From Bacteroidota bacterium (lineage in GTDB: Bacteria; Bacteroidota; Bacteroidia; Bacteroidales; FEN-979), in assembly GCA_037133475.1 (NCBI GenBank), contig JBAXOB010000002.1:132121-196120 (forward strand): DNA of 64,000 nucleotides, written 5' to 3'. Of this stretch, positions 9,254 through 18,859 are shown piece by piece. The notes beneath the pieces were generated by a model. That model was given only the letters and a program-made list of their open reading frames with translations, was not told where the DNA came from and made no database searches. Position 1 is the first letter of the stretch; every line of letters starts with the position of its first letter. Both the position numbers and the translations under genes were made by a program.

Positions 9254-10861
9254 ATGTTCCGAATAGAAAGTAAAATAGACACCCGAAACCCGGAATTTAT
9301 ACGTTCGCGGGATGAATACATGAAGTTGCTTGTCCGTTTCAGGGAAACCCTTGGCAACATTAAAAAGGGCGGGCCTGAACAGGCAGTTTTACGTCACAAG
9401 GAGCGCGGGAAACTGCTGGTTCGCGAGCGGATCGACCTGCTGGTTGACCCCAACACTCCCTTTATCGAACTGTCGGCGCTGGCCGCCTTCGGATTGTACG
9501 ACAACGGGTTTCCCTCCGCCGGCATCGTCACCGGGATCGGTGTGATCCACGGCAAGGAGGCGATGATTATCGCCAACGACGCCACAGTGAAGGGGGGTAC
9601 CTATATCAAGGAGACCATTAAAAAACATGTCAGGGCACAGGAGATCGCCATGGAAAACCGGCTTCCGTGCGTCTACCTGGTCGACTCAGGCGGGGTTTTC
9701 CTGCCTGAGCAGGCCAATGTCTTTCCCGACAAATATGATTTCGGCCGTTTTTTCTTCAACCAGGCAAGGTTATCGGCCAAGGGGATTCCACAAATAGCCG
9801 TGGTGATGGGTTCCTGCACGGCCGGGGGAGCCTATGTTCCTGCCATGAGCGATGAAACCATTATTGTGCGCAACCAGGGCACCATTTTCATCGGCGGGCC
9901 GCCCCTGGTCAAAGCCGCAACGGGGGAGGAGGTTACCGCAGAGGAACTCGGGGGAGCCGAGGTACACACCATGATCTCGGGCGTGGCCGACCACCTGGCC
10001 GAAAATGATGTCCATGCCATCCAGATCTGCCGGAATATCTTCGAATCGATCCGCAGGCATGAATACCAGTCGCTGGAGACCAGCCCGATCGTCGAGCCCT
10101 TTTATCCTGCCGAAGAACTTTATGGCATCCTGCCTATCGACTTGAAAAAATCGGTGAATTCAAAAGAGATTATCGCCCGCATCGTTGATGGCAGCCTGTT
10201 TCATGAGTTCAAGGAGCGTTACGCCCCTACCATCACCACCGGGTTTGCCAGGATCATGGGCTTTCCTGTCGGGATCCTGGCCAACAACGGCGTTCTTTTC
10301 GGGGAAACGGCACTCAAAGGGGCTCATTTCGTTGAGCTCTGTTGCTCACGCAATATCCCCATCCTCTTTTTACAGAATATAACCGGGTTTATTGTCGGTA
10401 AACAATATGAGCGGGCCGGAATTGCCCGCGACGGGGCTAAGTTTGTGCATGCCGTTGCCAATGCAAACGTCCCCAAGTTCACGATCGTTTTTGGCGGATC
10501 GTTTGGCGCGGGAAACTATGCCATGGCCGGCCGGGCTTACGAGCCGCGGTTCCTGTTCATGTATCCCAACTCGAAAATCTCAGTGATGGGCGGCGAACAG
10601 GCTGCCAACGTACTGATCACCGTGAAGGAGGACCAGCTGAAGGCTGCCGGTAAAAGCCTGCTGCCTGAAGAGCGGGAGAAGCTGCTGCAAACCATCCTGA
10701 AAAAATATGAAGATGAGGGTTCAGCCTACTTCAGCACGGCGCGGCTCTGGGACGACGGGATCATCGACCCCGCCGACACCCGCAAAATACTGGGGCTGGC
10801 CATCGCCATCTCGCAAAACAGGGAATATGAGAAAACACAGTACGGGGTCTTCAGGATGTAA
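9254..10861 (+). CDS. liuB: methylcrotonyl-CoA carboxylase beta (carboxyltransferase) subunit
   Basis: 535 aa acyl-CoA carboxylase carboxyltransferase fold ('[11 protein letters not shown]', '[16 protein letters not shown]', '[11 protein letters not shown]'). The context is a liu-type operon. Confidence 0.85.
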   Translation: MFRIESKIDTRNPEFIRSRDEYMKLLVRFRETLGNIKKGGPEQAVLRHKERGKLLVRERIDLLVDPNTPFIELSALAAFGLYDNGFPSAGIVTGIGVIHGKEAMIIANDATVKGGTYIKETIKKHVRAQEIAMENRLPCVYLVDSGGVFLPEQANVFPDKYDFGRFFFNQARLSAKGIPQIAVVMGSCTAGGAYVPAMSDETIIVRNQGTIFIGGPPLVKAATGEEVTAEELGGAEVHTMISGVADHLAENDVHAIQICRNIFESIRRHEYQSLETSPIVEPFYPAEELYGILPIDLKKSVNSKEIIARIVDGSLFHEFKERYAPTITTGFARIMGFPVGILANNGVLFGETALKGAHFVELCCSRNIPILFLQNITGFIVGKQYERAGIARDGAKFVHAVANANVPKFTIVFGGSFGAGNYAMAGRAYEPRFLFMYPNSKISVMGGEQAANVLITVKEDQLKAAGKSLLPEEREKLLQTILKKYEDEGSAYFSTARLWDDGIIDPADTRKILGLAIAISQNREYEKTQYGVFRM

Positions 10862-10944
10862 CCGTATGAATTGCCACTGGCTTCAGCCAGTGGTAAGGGA
10901 TGCAAAAACACAATTGGCTTTAGCCAAATAACATTAACCGATAC

Positions 10945-11727
10945 ATGACAAGTTACGAAACATTAGCGTTATCATTCGACCAGGGGGCCCTCACCATCCG
11001 GCTGAACCGACCGGATGTCCACAACGCATTCGATGAAACCATGCTCCGCGAGCTTACAACCTGCTTCGAAACCCTGGGCCCGGATGTCCTTTTCGTGATC
11101 CTGCGGGGCAACGGCAAATCGTTTTGCGCCGGTGTTGACCTGAACTGGATGAAACGTGTTTCATTGAACAGCTATGATCAGAATTACACCGAAAGCCTGC
11201 TGCTGTCAAAATGTTTCCTTGCCCTTTATACCTGTCCCCGTCCAACCATCGCCGTTGTTCACGGGGTCGCCCTGGGCGGGGCCAACGGATTGCTTGCCGC
11301 CTGCGACCTGGCATACTGCTCCGATGATGCAACCTTTTCGCTCAGCGAGGTGAAGATCGGCATCGTCCCGGCCTGTATCTCGCCTTATGTTATCAAGCGG
11401 GTCGGGGAATATGGCGCCCGCGAACTGATGATCACCGGAAAACGCATCAGGGGGAAGGAGGCGGAATCATTCCGGTTGGTCAACAAATCGGTTCCGGCTG
11501 AAAAGCTGGAGGAGACATTGCAGGAGACCCTTGCCCTGCTCCGCACCAGCGGACCCAAAGCAATGAGCCTTTGCAAGACCCTCATCCATGATGTGGCCAA
11601 CAAGCTTACCCTGATGGAAGCCTACGATTACACAGCCAGGATGATTGCCGAAATCAGGGCGTCCGAAGAGGGACAGGAGGGTATGAATGCATTTCTCGAA
11701 AAACGAAAACCGAACTGGGTAAAATAA
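10945..11727 (+). CDS. liuC: enoyl-CoA hydratase/isomerase (methylglutaconyl-CoA hydratase by context)
   Basis: 260 aa crotonase fold ('NRPDVHNAF', 'FCAGVDLNWM', 'EVKIGIVPA'). It lies between the two carboxylase subunits. Confidence 0.8.
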   Translation: MTSYETLALSFDQGALTIRLNRPDVHNAFDETMLRELTTCFETLGPDVLFVILRGNGKSFCAGVDLNWMKRVSLNSYDQNYTESLLLSKCFLALYTCPRPTIAVVHGVALGGANGLLAACDLAYCSDDATFSLSEVKIGIVPACISPYVIKRVGEYGARELMITGKRIRGKEAESFRLVNKSVPAEKLEETLQETLALLRTSGPKAMSLCKTLIHDVANKLTLMEAYDYTARMIAEIRASEEGQEGMNAFLEKRKPNWVK

Positions 11728-11728
11728 C

Positions 11729-13741
11729 ATGCAGCAGATCCATAAAATACTGGTCGCAAACCGCGGCGAAATTGCCGTCCGGGTTATCCGGACAGCCCGG
11801 AAACTGGGAATAAAAACAGTTGCCATCTATTCAGCCATCGACGCCGGCTCCCTGCATGTCACCCAGGCCGACGAAGCCTATTGCATCGGGGAGGTTGAAC
11901 TGGGCGAAACCTACCTGAACATCGATAAAATCATTGCGGTTGCTGTCAGGTCACAGTGCGATGCGGTTCACCCGGGATATGGCTTCCTGGCCGAAAACCC
12001 CCTCTTTGTCGATGGCTGTAAAGCAGCCGGAATCATCTTCATCGGCCCCGACACCCATGCGATGAAGATCATGGGGAATAAAATTTCGGCCCGCGCCTTC
12101 GTGAAAAAGATCAACATCCCGATGACCGAAGGTGTTACCGGGACTCCCGAAGAGCTGGAGAAGACGGCTCACAGGATCGGTTTCCCGGTGCTGCTCAAAG
12201 CGGCGGCCGGGGGAGGCGGCAAGGGAATGCGCATCGTTTACGGGGAAAATGAGCTTGCGGAAGCCATCGAGTCGACGAGCCGGCAGGCAAAGGCCTATTT
12301 TGGCGATGAAACAGTCTATATTGAGAAGTTTATCGAGGAGCCGCGCCATATCGAGGTCCAGATCCTGGGCGATAATTTTGGAAACGTAATCCACCTGTAT
12401 GAACGTGAATGTTCCATCCAGCGCAGGTACCAGAAGATCATCGAGGAATCTCCCTCCCCTACCCTGACCCCTGAAGTCCGCAGCAGGATGGGTGAAGCGG
12501 CGGTGGCCATCGGCAAAGCCATTGGTTACAACAATGCCGGCACCATCGAATTCCTGGTGGACAAAAACCTCGATTTTTATTTCCTGGAGATGAATACACG
12601 CATCCAGGTGGAACATCCGGTCACCGAAATGGTTACCGGCATCGATATTGTCGAGGAGCAGATCCACGTGGCGGCAGGGAACCCGCTGCGGCTGAGGCAG
12701 GAGGATATCTGCCAGACGGGGCATGCCATCGAATGCCGCATTTATGCAGAGGATCCTGAAAACAACTTCCAGCCCTCGCCCGGCACCATGACCTGTTATA
12801 AGGAGCCCGAAATCCAGGGTATCCGCATCGACAGCGGCATCGGCGATCAACGGGAGATCAAGAGCTCGTTCGACCCCATGATCTGCAAGCTCATCGTACA
12901 CGGCCGCGACCGTCACGAGGCAAGCCAGCTAATGCTGCAGGCGCTGAACGATTATATCATCCATGGAATTGCCACCAATATCACCTATCTCGTTAAACTG
13001 CTGCAAAGCGATGCCTTTATCTCGAACGCCATCTCCACCAGGTTTTGTGATGAACATACCGCTGCGCTGGTTGCCGGGATCGGGAATGAGAAAAAGGAGA
13101 TTCCGGCGCATGTTCCGCTGATCGGATACCTGATGTATTCGCTGGGCAGACAAGCCATAACCGGGCACAGGGAAGATAAAAAACCAACTCTATGGGAAAC
13201 CATCGGCTATTGGCGGGCGCTGATGAATATCAGTCTCCGGTTTGAAGAGGATGAATACCAGGTACAGATTCCCGGCTTTTCAAATAACCATTTTCAATTT
13301 GAAATTGCCGGAAAACCTTACCAGGCAACCATTACTGAATGTTCACAGCATGCCGTCAGTTACATCATCCATCATCACAAATACCTGGCGTACATCTCCG
13401 AGGACCTGGAAAACCAAGCTTTTGTGACGGTATCCGGACATATTTTCAGGGTAAAGCGGCATGATATCCTTACCGAAACGGTAACCGCCTCATTGTATGA
13501 AAGTGCAGGCCACGACAGCGATCATGTAGTCTCTCCCATGCACGGGAAGGTGATCAAAATAAACCTGAAGGCCGGTGATGCCGTAAAAAAAGGAGATGTC
13601 ATGATGATCATCGAAGCCATGAAGATGGAAAACCTGGTTGTTTCCCCCCGCGATGCGGTTGTTAAGGAGGTTGCCGTATCGGTAAACGACCGGGTGGAGA
13701 GCAGCAGGACACTGGTTGAGTTTGAAGAAATACAGAAGTAA
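11729..13741 (+). CDS. liuD: methylcrotonyl-CoA carboxylase alpha subunit (biotin carboxylase + BCCP)
   Basis: 670 aa. 'KILVANRGEIAVRVIRT', ATP-grasp 'GGGGKGMRIV', C-terminal biotinyl motif 'IEAMKMEN'. Confidence 0.9.
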   Translation: MQQIHKILVANRGEIAVRVIRTARKLGIKTVAIYSAIDAGSLHVTQADEAYCIGEVELGETYLNIDKIIAVAVRSQCDAVHPGYGFLAENPLFVDGCKAAGIIFIGPDTHAMKIMGNKISARAFVKKINIPMTEGVTGTPEELEKTAHRIGFPVLLKAAAGGGGKGMRIVYGENELAEAIESTSRQAKAYFGDETVYIEKFIEEPRHIEVQILGDNFGNVIHLYERECSIQRRYQKIIEESPSPTLTPEVRSRMGEAAVAIGKAIGYNNAGTIEFLVDKNLDFYFLEMNTRIQVEHPVTEMVTGIDIVEEQIHVAAGNPLRLRQEDICQTGHAIECRIYAEDPENNFQPSPGTMTCYKEPEIQGIRIDSGIGDQREIKSSFDPMICKLIVHGRDRHEASQLMLQALNDYIIHGIATNITYLVKLLQSDAFISNAISTRFCDEHTAALVAGIGNEKKEIPAHVPLIGYLMYSLGRQAITGHREDKKPTLWETIGYWRALMNISLRFEEDEYQVQIPGFSNNHFQFEIAGKPYQATITECSQHAVSYIIHHHKYLAYISEDLENQAFVTVSGHIFRVKRHDILTETVTASLYESAGHDSDHVVSPMHGKVIKINLKAGDAVKKGDVMMIIEAMKMENLVVSPRDAVVKEVAVSVNDRVESSRTLVEFEEIQK

Positions 13742-13822
13742 ACCTGATCAGAACGGAGAAACGGCAGTTCCGGATTCTTCTGTTTAATAGTAAATTAATT
13801 ATTCACCTTTTACACGAATGCG

Positions 13823-14833
13823 ATGAATTATCCTAAAAAAGTAACCATAGGCGATATAACCGTCAGGGACGGGTTCCAGCATGAGGAGATTTTCATTCCC
13901 ACCGATGCCAAGGTTTGGCTTGCCGAACAGCTGATACTGGCCGGGTTCAGGCACATCGAAGTGACCAATCTCGGCAATCCGGCCGGGATGCCCCAGTTTA
14001 AAGATTCGGATGAGGTGCTCAAACGGCTCAGGGCCAGTAAAACAGTGGCTGCCCTGATTGGCCAGGTATCGGTGACCGCCATCACCATCCGGGAGAAGGC
14101 GATTGAACGGGCAATCCAGGCCAGGAAAGAGGGTTGGGGGCCCGACCGGATCCTGCTGATGGTATCTACCAGCGAATCGCATCACCGCAAAAATTCGGGG
14201 CTGAGCCTCGACGATTACTGGAAAATGGCGGAGAAATACATTCCCATGGCAAAGGAGGCCGGACTGAAGGTAAATGGCACGGTAAGCACCATCTGGGGAT
14301 GCCCGATAGAGGGGCCGACAAAGATGGAGAAGGCGATTGATTTCACCAAACGCTGGCTCGATATCGGGGTTAATGATGTTGAGCATGCCGATCACGACGG
14401 GTCGGCCTCCCCCGACAGGGTCTACCGGTACTATTCCATGCTGCTCGATTCAGGGGTGCGGGTCGAAAAACAGATCGTCCATTTTCACACCACGCGTGGC
14501 TGGGGGCTTGCCAATGTGCTGGCAGCCCTGCAGGCTGGCATGGTCAATTACGAATCGACCATGGGCGGCATCGGAGGTCAGCCTGCCAACTTCGTCAGCG
14601 GGGTGCCGGTTGCCGGAACCGGGAGCTATTATTATAAGGATCCAAACCTGGTTGGACTCGTATCCACCGAAGATATGGCGGTGATGATGGATGAGATGGG
14701 AATCGACACCCAGCTCGATATCGACAAGGTACTGGAAATCGGGTCGATGGTTGAACGGATCGTTGGCAGGCGCCTGCGGTCGGAGGCTATCAAGAACGGA
14801 CGAATCCCCAAATCACTTACCGGTAAAGGATGA
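13823..14833 (+). CDS. HMG-CoA lyase-like (HMGL family) protein, long divergent form
   Basis: 336 aa. 'VRDGFQHE' and 'VHFHTTRGWGLANVLAAL' (HxH) match HMGL-like TIM-barrel motifs. The canonical 'GLGGCP' reads 'GGIGGQP' (Cys to Gln). Confidence 0.75.
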   Translation: MNYPKKVTIGDITVRDGFQHEEIFIPTDAKVWLAEQLILAGFRHIEVTNLGNPAGMPQFKDSDEVLKRLRASKTVAALIGQVSVTAITIREKAIERAIQARKEGWGPDRILLMVSTSESHHRKNSGLSLDDYWKMAEKYIPMAKEAGLKVNGTVSTIWGCPIEGPTKMEKAIDFTKRWLDIGVNDVEHADHDGSASPDRVYRYYSMLLDSGVRVEKQIVHFHTTRGWGLANVLAALQAGMVNYESTMGGIGGQPANFVSGVPVAGTGSYYYKDPNLVGLVSTEDMAVMMDEMGIDTQLDIDKVLEIGSMVERIVGRRLRSEAIKNGRIPKSLTGKG

Positions 14834-15741
14834 TCAGGATCATTGAATCGCCAAGAGAAGGAATGCAGGGGTTTCCCCGGATCATTCCCACCATGGAAAA
14901 AGTCCGTTATATCAATGAACTTTTGAAAGTGGGATTTGATGTGGTGGAGGTTGGCAGCCGTGTCTCGCCGAAAATCATCCCCCAGATGGCCGATTCAATG
15001 GAGGTCCTGAACCTTATTGACTTCACGGGTAGCCGCTCAGGACGGATGGTACTGGCAACAGGTGTCAGGAGTGTTGAACTCCTGGCATTAAAGACAGAAA
15101 TCACCCACATCTCCTATCCATTTTCGTTTTCCCCGGCGTTTCTCAGGTTAAACCTGAATACAACCGTTGAACAATCACTTGAAACGGTGGGAACGCTTAC
15201 GAACCTTAGCCTGCAACATGGGAAACATGCGGTCATCTACATTTCAATGGCCTTTGGGAACCCTTATGCCGAGCCCTGGAGTCATGATATCCTGGCGGGC
15301 TGGGTGCGGAAACTTTACCAGGCCGGGGCGACAACCATTGTTTTATCAAATGTATCTATTGAGCTGGATCCACTGCTGATCTTCGAAGTCTATTCCCGGC
15401 TTATTCCGCTGTTCCCTGCTGTGGAGCTCGGATTGCATCTTCACACCACCAACTACGGATGGTATGAGCAGGTAAATGCCGCTTATATGGCGGGGTGCAG
15501 GAGGTTCGATAGTGTGACCGGCGGTCACGGAGGATGTCCGATGACGGGGAAAAAAATGCTGGGGAACCTTGATACCAGGAATTTGCTTGAGTTTGCTACC
15601 AAAAAGAAAATGACAGTCAACATTGACCGGAAAGCATTGGAAAAGGCATACGAAATTGAACGTGAAATTTTTGACCCTTCCAAACCCTCTGCCCGGGCGA
15701 AGGAAAGATTTACAGCAAAAAGTTATAAACCAAAACCATAA
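14830..15741 (+). CDS. HMG-CoA lyase-like protein, second paralogue
   Basis: 303 aa. 'SPREGMQG' (canonical GPRDGLQN), 'SPKIIPQMAD', 'LHLHTT', 'GGHGGCPMT'. ATGA overlap with the upstream paralogue. Confidence 0.75.
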   Translation: MIRIIESPREGMQGFPRIIPTMEKVRYINELLKVGFDVVEVGSRVSPKIIPQMADSMEVLNLIDFTGSRSGRMVLATGVRSVELLALKTEITHISYPFSFSPAFLRLNLNTTVEQSLETVGTLTNLSLQHGKHAVIYISMAFGNPYAEPWSHDILAGWVRKLYQAGATTIVLSNVSIELDPLLIFEVYSRLIPLFPAVELGLHLHTTNYGWYEQVNAAYMAGCRRFDSVTGGHGGCPMTGKKMLGNLDTRNLLEFATKKKMTVNIDRKALEKAYEIEREIFDPSKPSARAKERFTAKSYKPKP

Positions 15742-15745
15742 CACC

Positions 15746-16891
15746 ATGTATTTGACAGAAGAGCACAACATGATACGCAAAACGGTGCGTGATTTCGCCG
15801 AACGTGAAGTAAAACCGGTTGCAAGGGAACTGGATGAAAAGGGAGAATTTTCCATCGCACTAACCAAACGGATGGGGGAACTTGGGTTTTTCGGATTACG
15901 AACACCTGCAGAATATGGCGGCATCGACATGGATACGTTGGCTTATGTGATCGCGGTTGAGGAACTCGCGCGCATCGACAGTTCGCAGGCGGCAACCCTG
16001 GCTGCCCACATCTCGCTGGGTATTGGTCCCATCATGAACTACGGCACCGCGGAGCAGAAGCAGAAATACCTTCCCATGCTTTCGACAGGCGATGCCCTCT
16101 GGGCATTCGGACTTACAGAGCCCGACGCGGGAAGCGATTCCAGGGCCACAAAGACAACTGCGCGTCTTGAAGATGACCACTGGATTATCAACGGCTCAAA
16201 GATCTTTATCACCAACGGCGCATCGAGTATCAACATGGGTGCGACCGTACAGGTTGTTTCGGGCGAGAGCGGCGGGCAGAAGGAATTTTCGACCATCCTG
16301 GTGGACGCAGGAACTCCCGGGTTCAAACGCGTCGCGATGCATGGCAAGATGATGTGGCGCTCCTCCGACACCTCCCAGCTCTTTTTTGATGAATGCAGGG
16401 TCCCGGCCTCCAACCTCCTGGGCAAACGGGGGGAGGGTTCCCACATTATGCTGAGCACACTTGACAGCGGCCGGCTGGCGATCGGGGCCATGGGACTGGG
16501 TCTCGCCCAGGGAGCCTTTGAGCTGGGTCTCGCCTATGCAAAAAGCCGCAAGCAGTTTGGCAAACCCATTGCCCAGTTCCAGGTCAATGCATTCAAACTG
16601 GCGGATATGGCCACCAAGATTGAACTGGCGCGGAACCTGCTTTACAAAGGCGCCTGGTTGAAATCAAACAACCTCCCGTATGCGAAGGAGGCGGCCATGG
16701 CCAAATTATATTGCTCGGAAATTGCCCGTGAAGTAGCCGACGAAGCGGTGCAGCTCCATGGCGGTTACGGACTGATGAAGGACTATGATATCGAGCGTTT
16801 TTACCGCGACCAGCGCCTGCTGCAGATCGGCGAGGGTACCTCTGAAATCCAGCGGATGGTGATATCAAGGTATATCGGGTGTTTTGACTGA
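15746..16891 (+). CDS. acyl-CoA dehydrogenase (catalytic Glu at the SCAD/MCAD position)
   Basis: 381 aa from the internal ATG, 'MYLTEEHNMIRKTVRDFAEREV'. The track ORF start 15623 would overlap the lyase gene by 119 nt. 'GLTEPDAGSD', 'QIGEGTSEIQRMVISR'. Confidence 0.9.
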   Translation: MYLTEEHNMIRKTVRDFAEREVKPVARELDEKGEFSIALTKRMGELGFFGLRTPAEYGGIDMDTLAYVIAVEELARIDSSQAATLAAHISLGIGPIMNYGTAEQKQKYLPMLSTGDALWAFGLTEPDAGSDSRATKTTARLEDDHWIINGSKIFITNGASSINMGATVQVVSGESGGQKEFSTILVDAGTPGFKRVAMHGKMMWRSSDTSQLFFDECRVPASNLLGKRGEGSHIMLSTLDSGRLAIGAMGLGLAQGAFELGLAYAKSRKQFGKPIAQFQVNAFKLADMATKIELARNLLYKGAWLKSNNLPYAKEAAMAKLYCSEIAREVADEAVQLHGGYGLMKDYDIERFYRDQRLLQIGEGTSEIQRMVISRYIGCFD

Positions 16892-16924
16892 AATGGCCGT
16901 TTGCCCGTAAAGACAAAAGCCGCC

Positions 16925-16957
16925 CTGAAATTCAGGGCGGCTTTTTCGTTTCACCTT
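16925..16957. terminator. bidirectional rho-independent terminator
   Basis: aaaagccgccctgaa / ttcagggcggcttttt is a perfect GC-rich stem flanked by an A-run and a T-run. It lies between convergent genes. Confidence 0.85.
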
Positions 16958-16983
16958 GTTGGGTCCGGATGAATCCGGTATGA

Positions 16984-17925
16984 TTACGGCAATGGGAGAT
17001 AAACGGTTCCCGAATGGTTGTTCTTTTGCCAGTCAAGCTTGTATTTGGCAGGGCACTCAGTGCCGGTGATAGGCTGGTTGTTACTGTCGAAGCCAAAGGT
17101 CAGGGTAGCGCTTTTTGAGTCGGCAGGGATCTGGTGGATCTTTATGCCGGCACAGGGATCCCAGTCGCAGGTCTGGCGTAATACCACGGATTGGGTGATC
17201 TGGGTGTAGAAATTTTCTCCCTGGCGGTTGACACCCCACACAACGAGACCGGTATAGTTGTCCTGGGTTCCAAATCCGTCGAGCGTCATGACGACACTGT
17301 TTGTGGAAGCAACCCCGGTGAAGGTTTGCTGACGGGCAACATTCCATACCTTGGTGGTGTTGTCGCTGAAGGTCACAGTTTCATTACCCCAGGTCTTGTG
17401 GATGATAGTGGTCACGGTACCGTTCCCTAAATCCGCAAGTACACCCCCGGTAACATTCTGGTGGGTCTTGGTTCCGTTGAGGGTAATGGATTTTCCTCCG
17501 TTGACCTTGGTAATTTTGAAGTTTATATGCCTGAAAATGATCGTGGCGCCGGCTTGCCACCAATGGGTGCCAACCTTCTTTTTAATCTCAATCTGGCCGG
17601 TTCTGATCCGGTTTTGTGCACAATTCAGGCCATGATAGTTCATAAGGATCGTAATGGTATCATTCGCAATACTGACGGTATCAATATTTGCATTACAGGG
17701 AATCGATTCGGTTGATTTGAGCGCACTGCCGGAAAGGTAGGCGTTTACATCCTTTAAGGCTTCATCAGAGGCATTCTGTACCTGGTTTTCATCATTGGCA
17801 AGCTGCTGCATAGAAGTAGGATCAACCGTTGAGGTTGTATTCTTGTCCTTCTTACAACTGGTCAAGGAAAAACCGACAACGGCAATGAGGATTACCAGAA
17901 GGCTGAGCAGGTTTCTTGTTTTCAT
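16984..17925 (-). CDS. hypothetical lipoprotein (313 aa)
   Basis: Signal peptide with lipobox 'SLTSC', then a Thr/Asn/Gly-rich beta-type sequence. Preceded by the conserved 33-nt motif at 17967-17999. Confidence 0.7.
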   Translation of the reverse strand: MKTRNLLSLLVILIAVVGFSLTSCKKDKNTTSTVDPTSMQQLANDENQVQNASDEALKDVNAYLSGSALKSTESIPCNANIDTVSIANDTITILMNYHGLNCAQNRIRTGQIEIKKKVGTHWWQAGATIIFRHINFKITKVNGGKSITLNGTKTHQNVTGGVLADLGNGTVTTIIHKTWGNETVTFSDNTTKVWNVARQQTFTGVASTNSVVMTLDGFGTQDNYTGLVVWGVNRQGENFYTQITQSVVLRQTCDWDPCAGIKIHQIPADSKSATLTFGFDSNNQPITGTECPAKYKLDWQKNNHSGTVYLPLP

Positions 17926-17966
17926 TGTTTATTTGGGTTTAGGGTTTGTGATTAGGGTTTCTTTTG

Positions 17967-17999
17967 GATAATACACGCCACCGACCGGTTACCCTGATG
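17967..17999 (-). promoter_or_regulatory. conserved bipartite motif CATCAGGGTAAC-N11-GTGTATTATC (candidate ECF-type promoter), copy 2
   Basis: The minus strand reads catcagggtaaccggtcggtggcgtgtattatc, 42 nt upstream of ATG 17925 and 20 nt after the DUF4249 stop. Same length and spacing as the copy at 22606-22638. Confidence 0.5.
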
Positions 18000-18019
18000 C
18001 AACCAGCGTTTTTTTTTGT

Positions 18020-18859
18020 TTATTTCTTGCGTTTTCCTGAATTGCCTGCAATTACCGACAGTTCGGTTACCGAACAAACCCCGAAAAACCCCAGTGCCCC
18101 GTTGCTCAGGTTGGATTTGACATTGGCCGCCGAAACGTTGAACAGGCCGCCGGTCCAGTTGGTTTCGAGGAGCAGCTCGCGGATAAATTCGGCATGTTCG
18201 GGTGTGACCGAATAACGCCGTTCAGTGACGATGGTTCCTGCCGGGAAATAAATGGATTCCATACGGGGTGCGAATACTTCACTGACATCAAGGGTCGGCA
18301 GGGTATAAAACAGCATTCTCTTATGCGTGGCAAGTGAATCAAGTGCGCCATATCCGGCAACTCCCGACCAATCGATGAGCAACTCCCACATCGCCGCATC
18401 CGCGGTGCTGAAGGCATTGGCGACCCAGTCGACATGCCACAGGCCTGTTGTTTCATTTTTCGCAAACCTCAGTTCCGAAAAATAGGATCCGGGGAGCATC
18501 GTTGCCTTGGCTGAATAGACATTGTTCTGATACGCGATCAGCAGGCTGTAATTTTTGTTGAGCCGGGCAAAGAAATAGGGCGGTGTTTTGTAAACTCCTG
18601 ACCAGGCAGGGGTCTCCGCTAAGTTCCAGGTGGAATCCTCATCACTGACCACGACACTGGCACCTGTGACCGGCCGGGGAGGCTGGTTCAGCTGCGACAC
18701 AGGATAAGCAAGGCATACCTGCTGTGATTTTACCTCATCGGTCAGAATGGCATCGACAACGATTTTTCCCGGGGTCGTACTTTTCACAGGCCATTCGGTC
18801 TGTTTAACACAGCCTGGCAGGAGTCCTAAAAGCCCGGTGATCAAGATAAGAACTCTCAT
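18020..18859 (-). CDS. DUF4249-like lipoprotein (TonB-receptor partner)
   Basis: 279 aa. Lipobox 'LLPGC', 'IVVDAILTD', C-terminal 'GALGFFGVCS'. Positioned immediately after a non-SusC TonB-dependent receptor, as is typical for DUF4249. Confidence 0.7.
   Translation of the reverse strand: MRVLILITGLLGLLPGCVKQTEWPVKSTTPGKIVVDAILTDEVKSQQVCLAYPVSQLNQPPRPVTGASVVVSDEDSTWNLAETPAWSGVYKTPPYFFARLNKNYSLLIAYQNNVYSAKATMLPGSYFSELRFAKNETTGLWHVDWVANAFSTADAAMWELLIDWSGVAGYGALDSLATHKRMLFYTLPTLDVSEVFAPRMESIYFPAGTIVTERRYSVTPEHAEFIRELLLETNWTGGLFNVSAANVKSNLSNGALGFFGVCSVTELSVIAGNSGKRKK

Noticed and set aside
15623-15745. Upstream extended starts offered by the ORF track: 15623 for the acyl-CoA dehydrogenase, 28988 for xdhC, 21627 for the TonB receptor, 22615 for fecR, 54550 for the T9SS repeat protein, 51786 for the TPR protein, 61019 and 27971.
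   Set aside because: The extensions overlap upstream genes or run through promoter boxes or intergenic AT-rich DNA. They also precede the recognisable family N-terminus or signal peptide.
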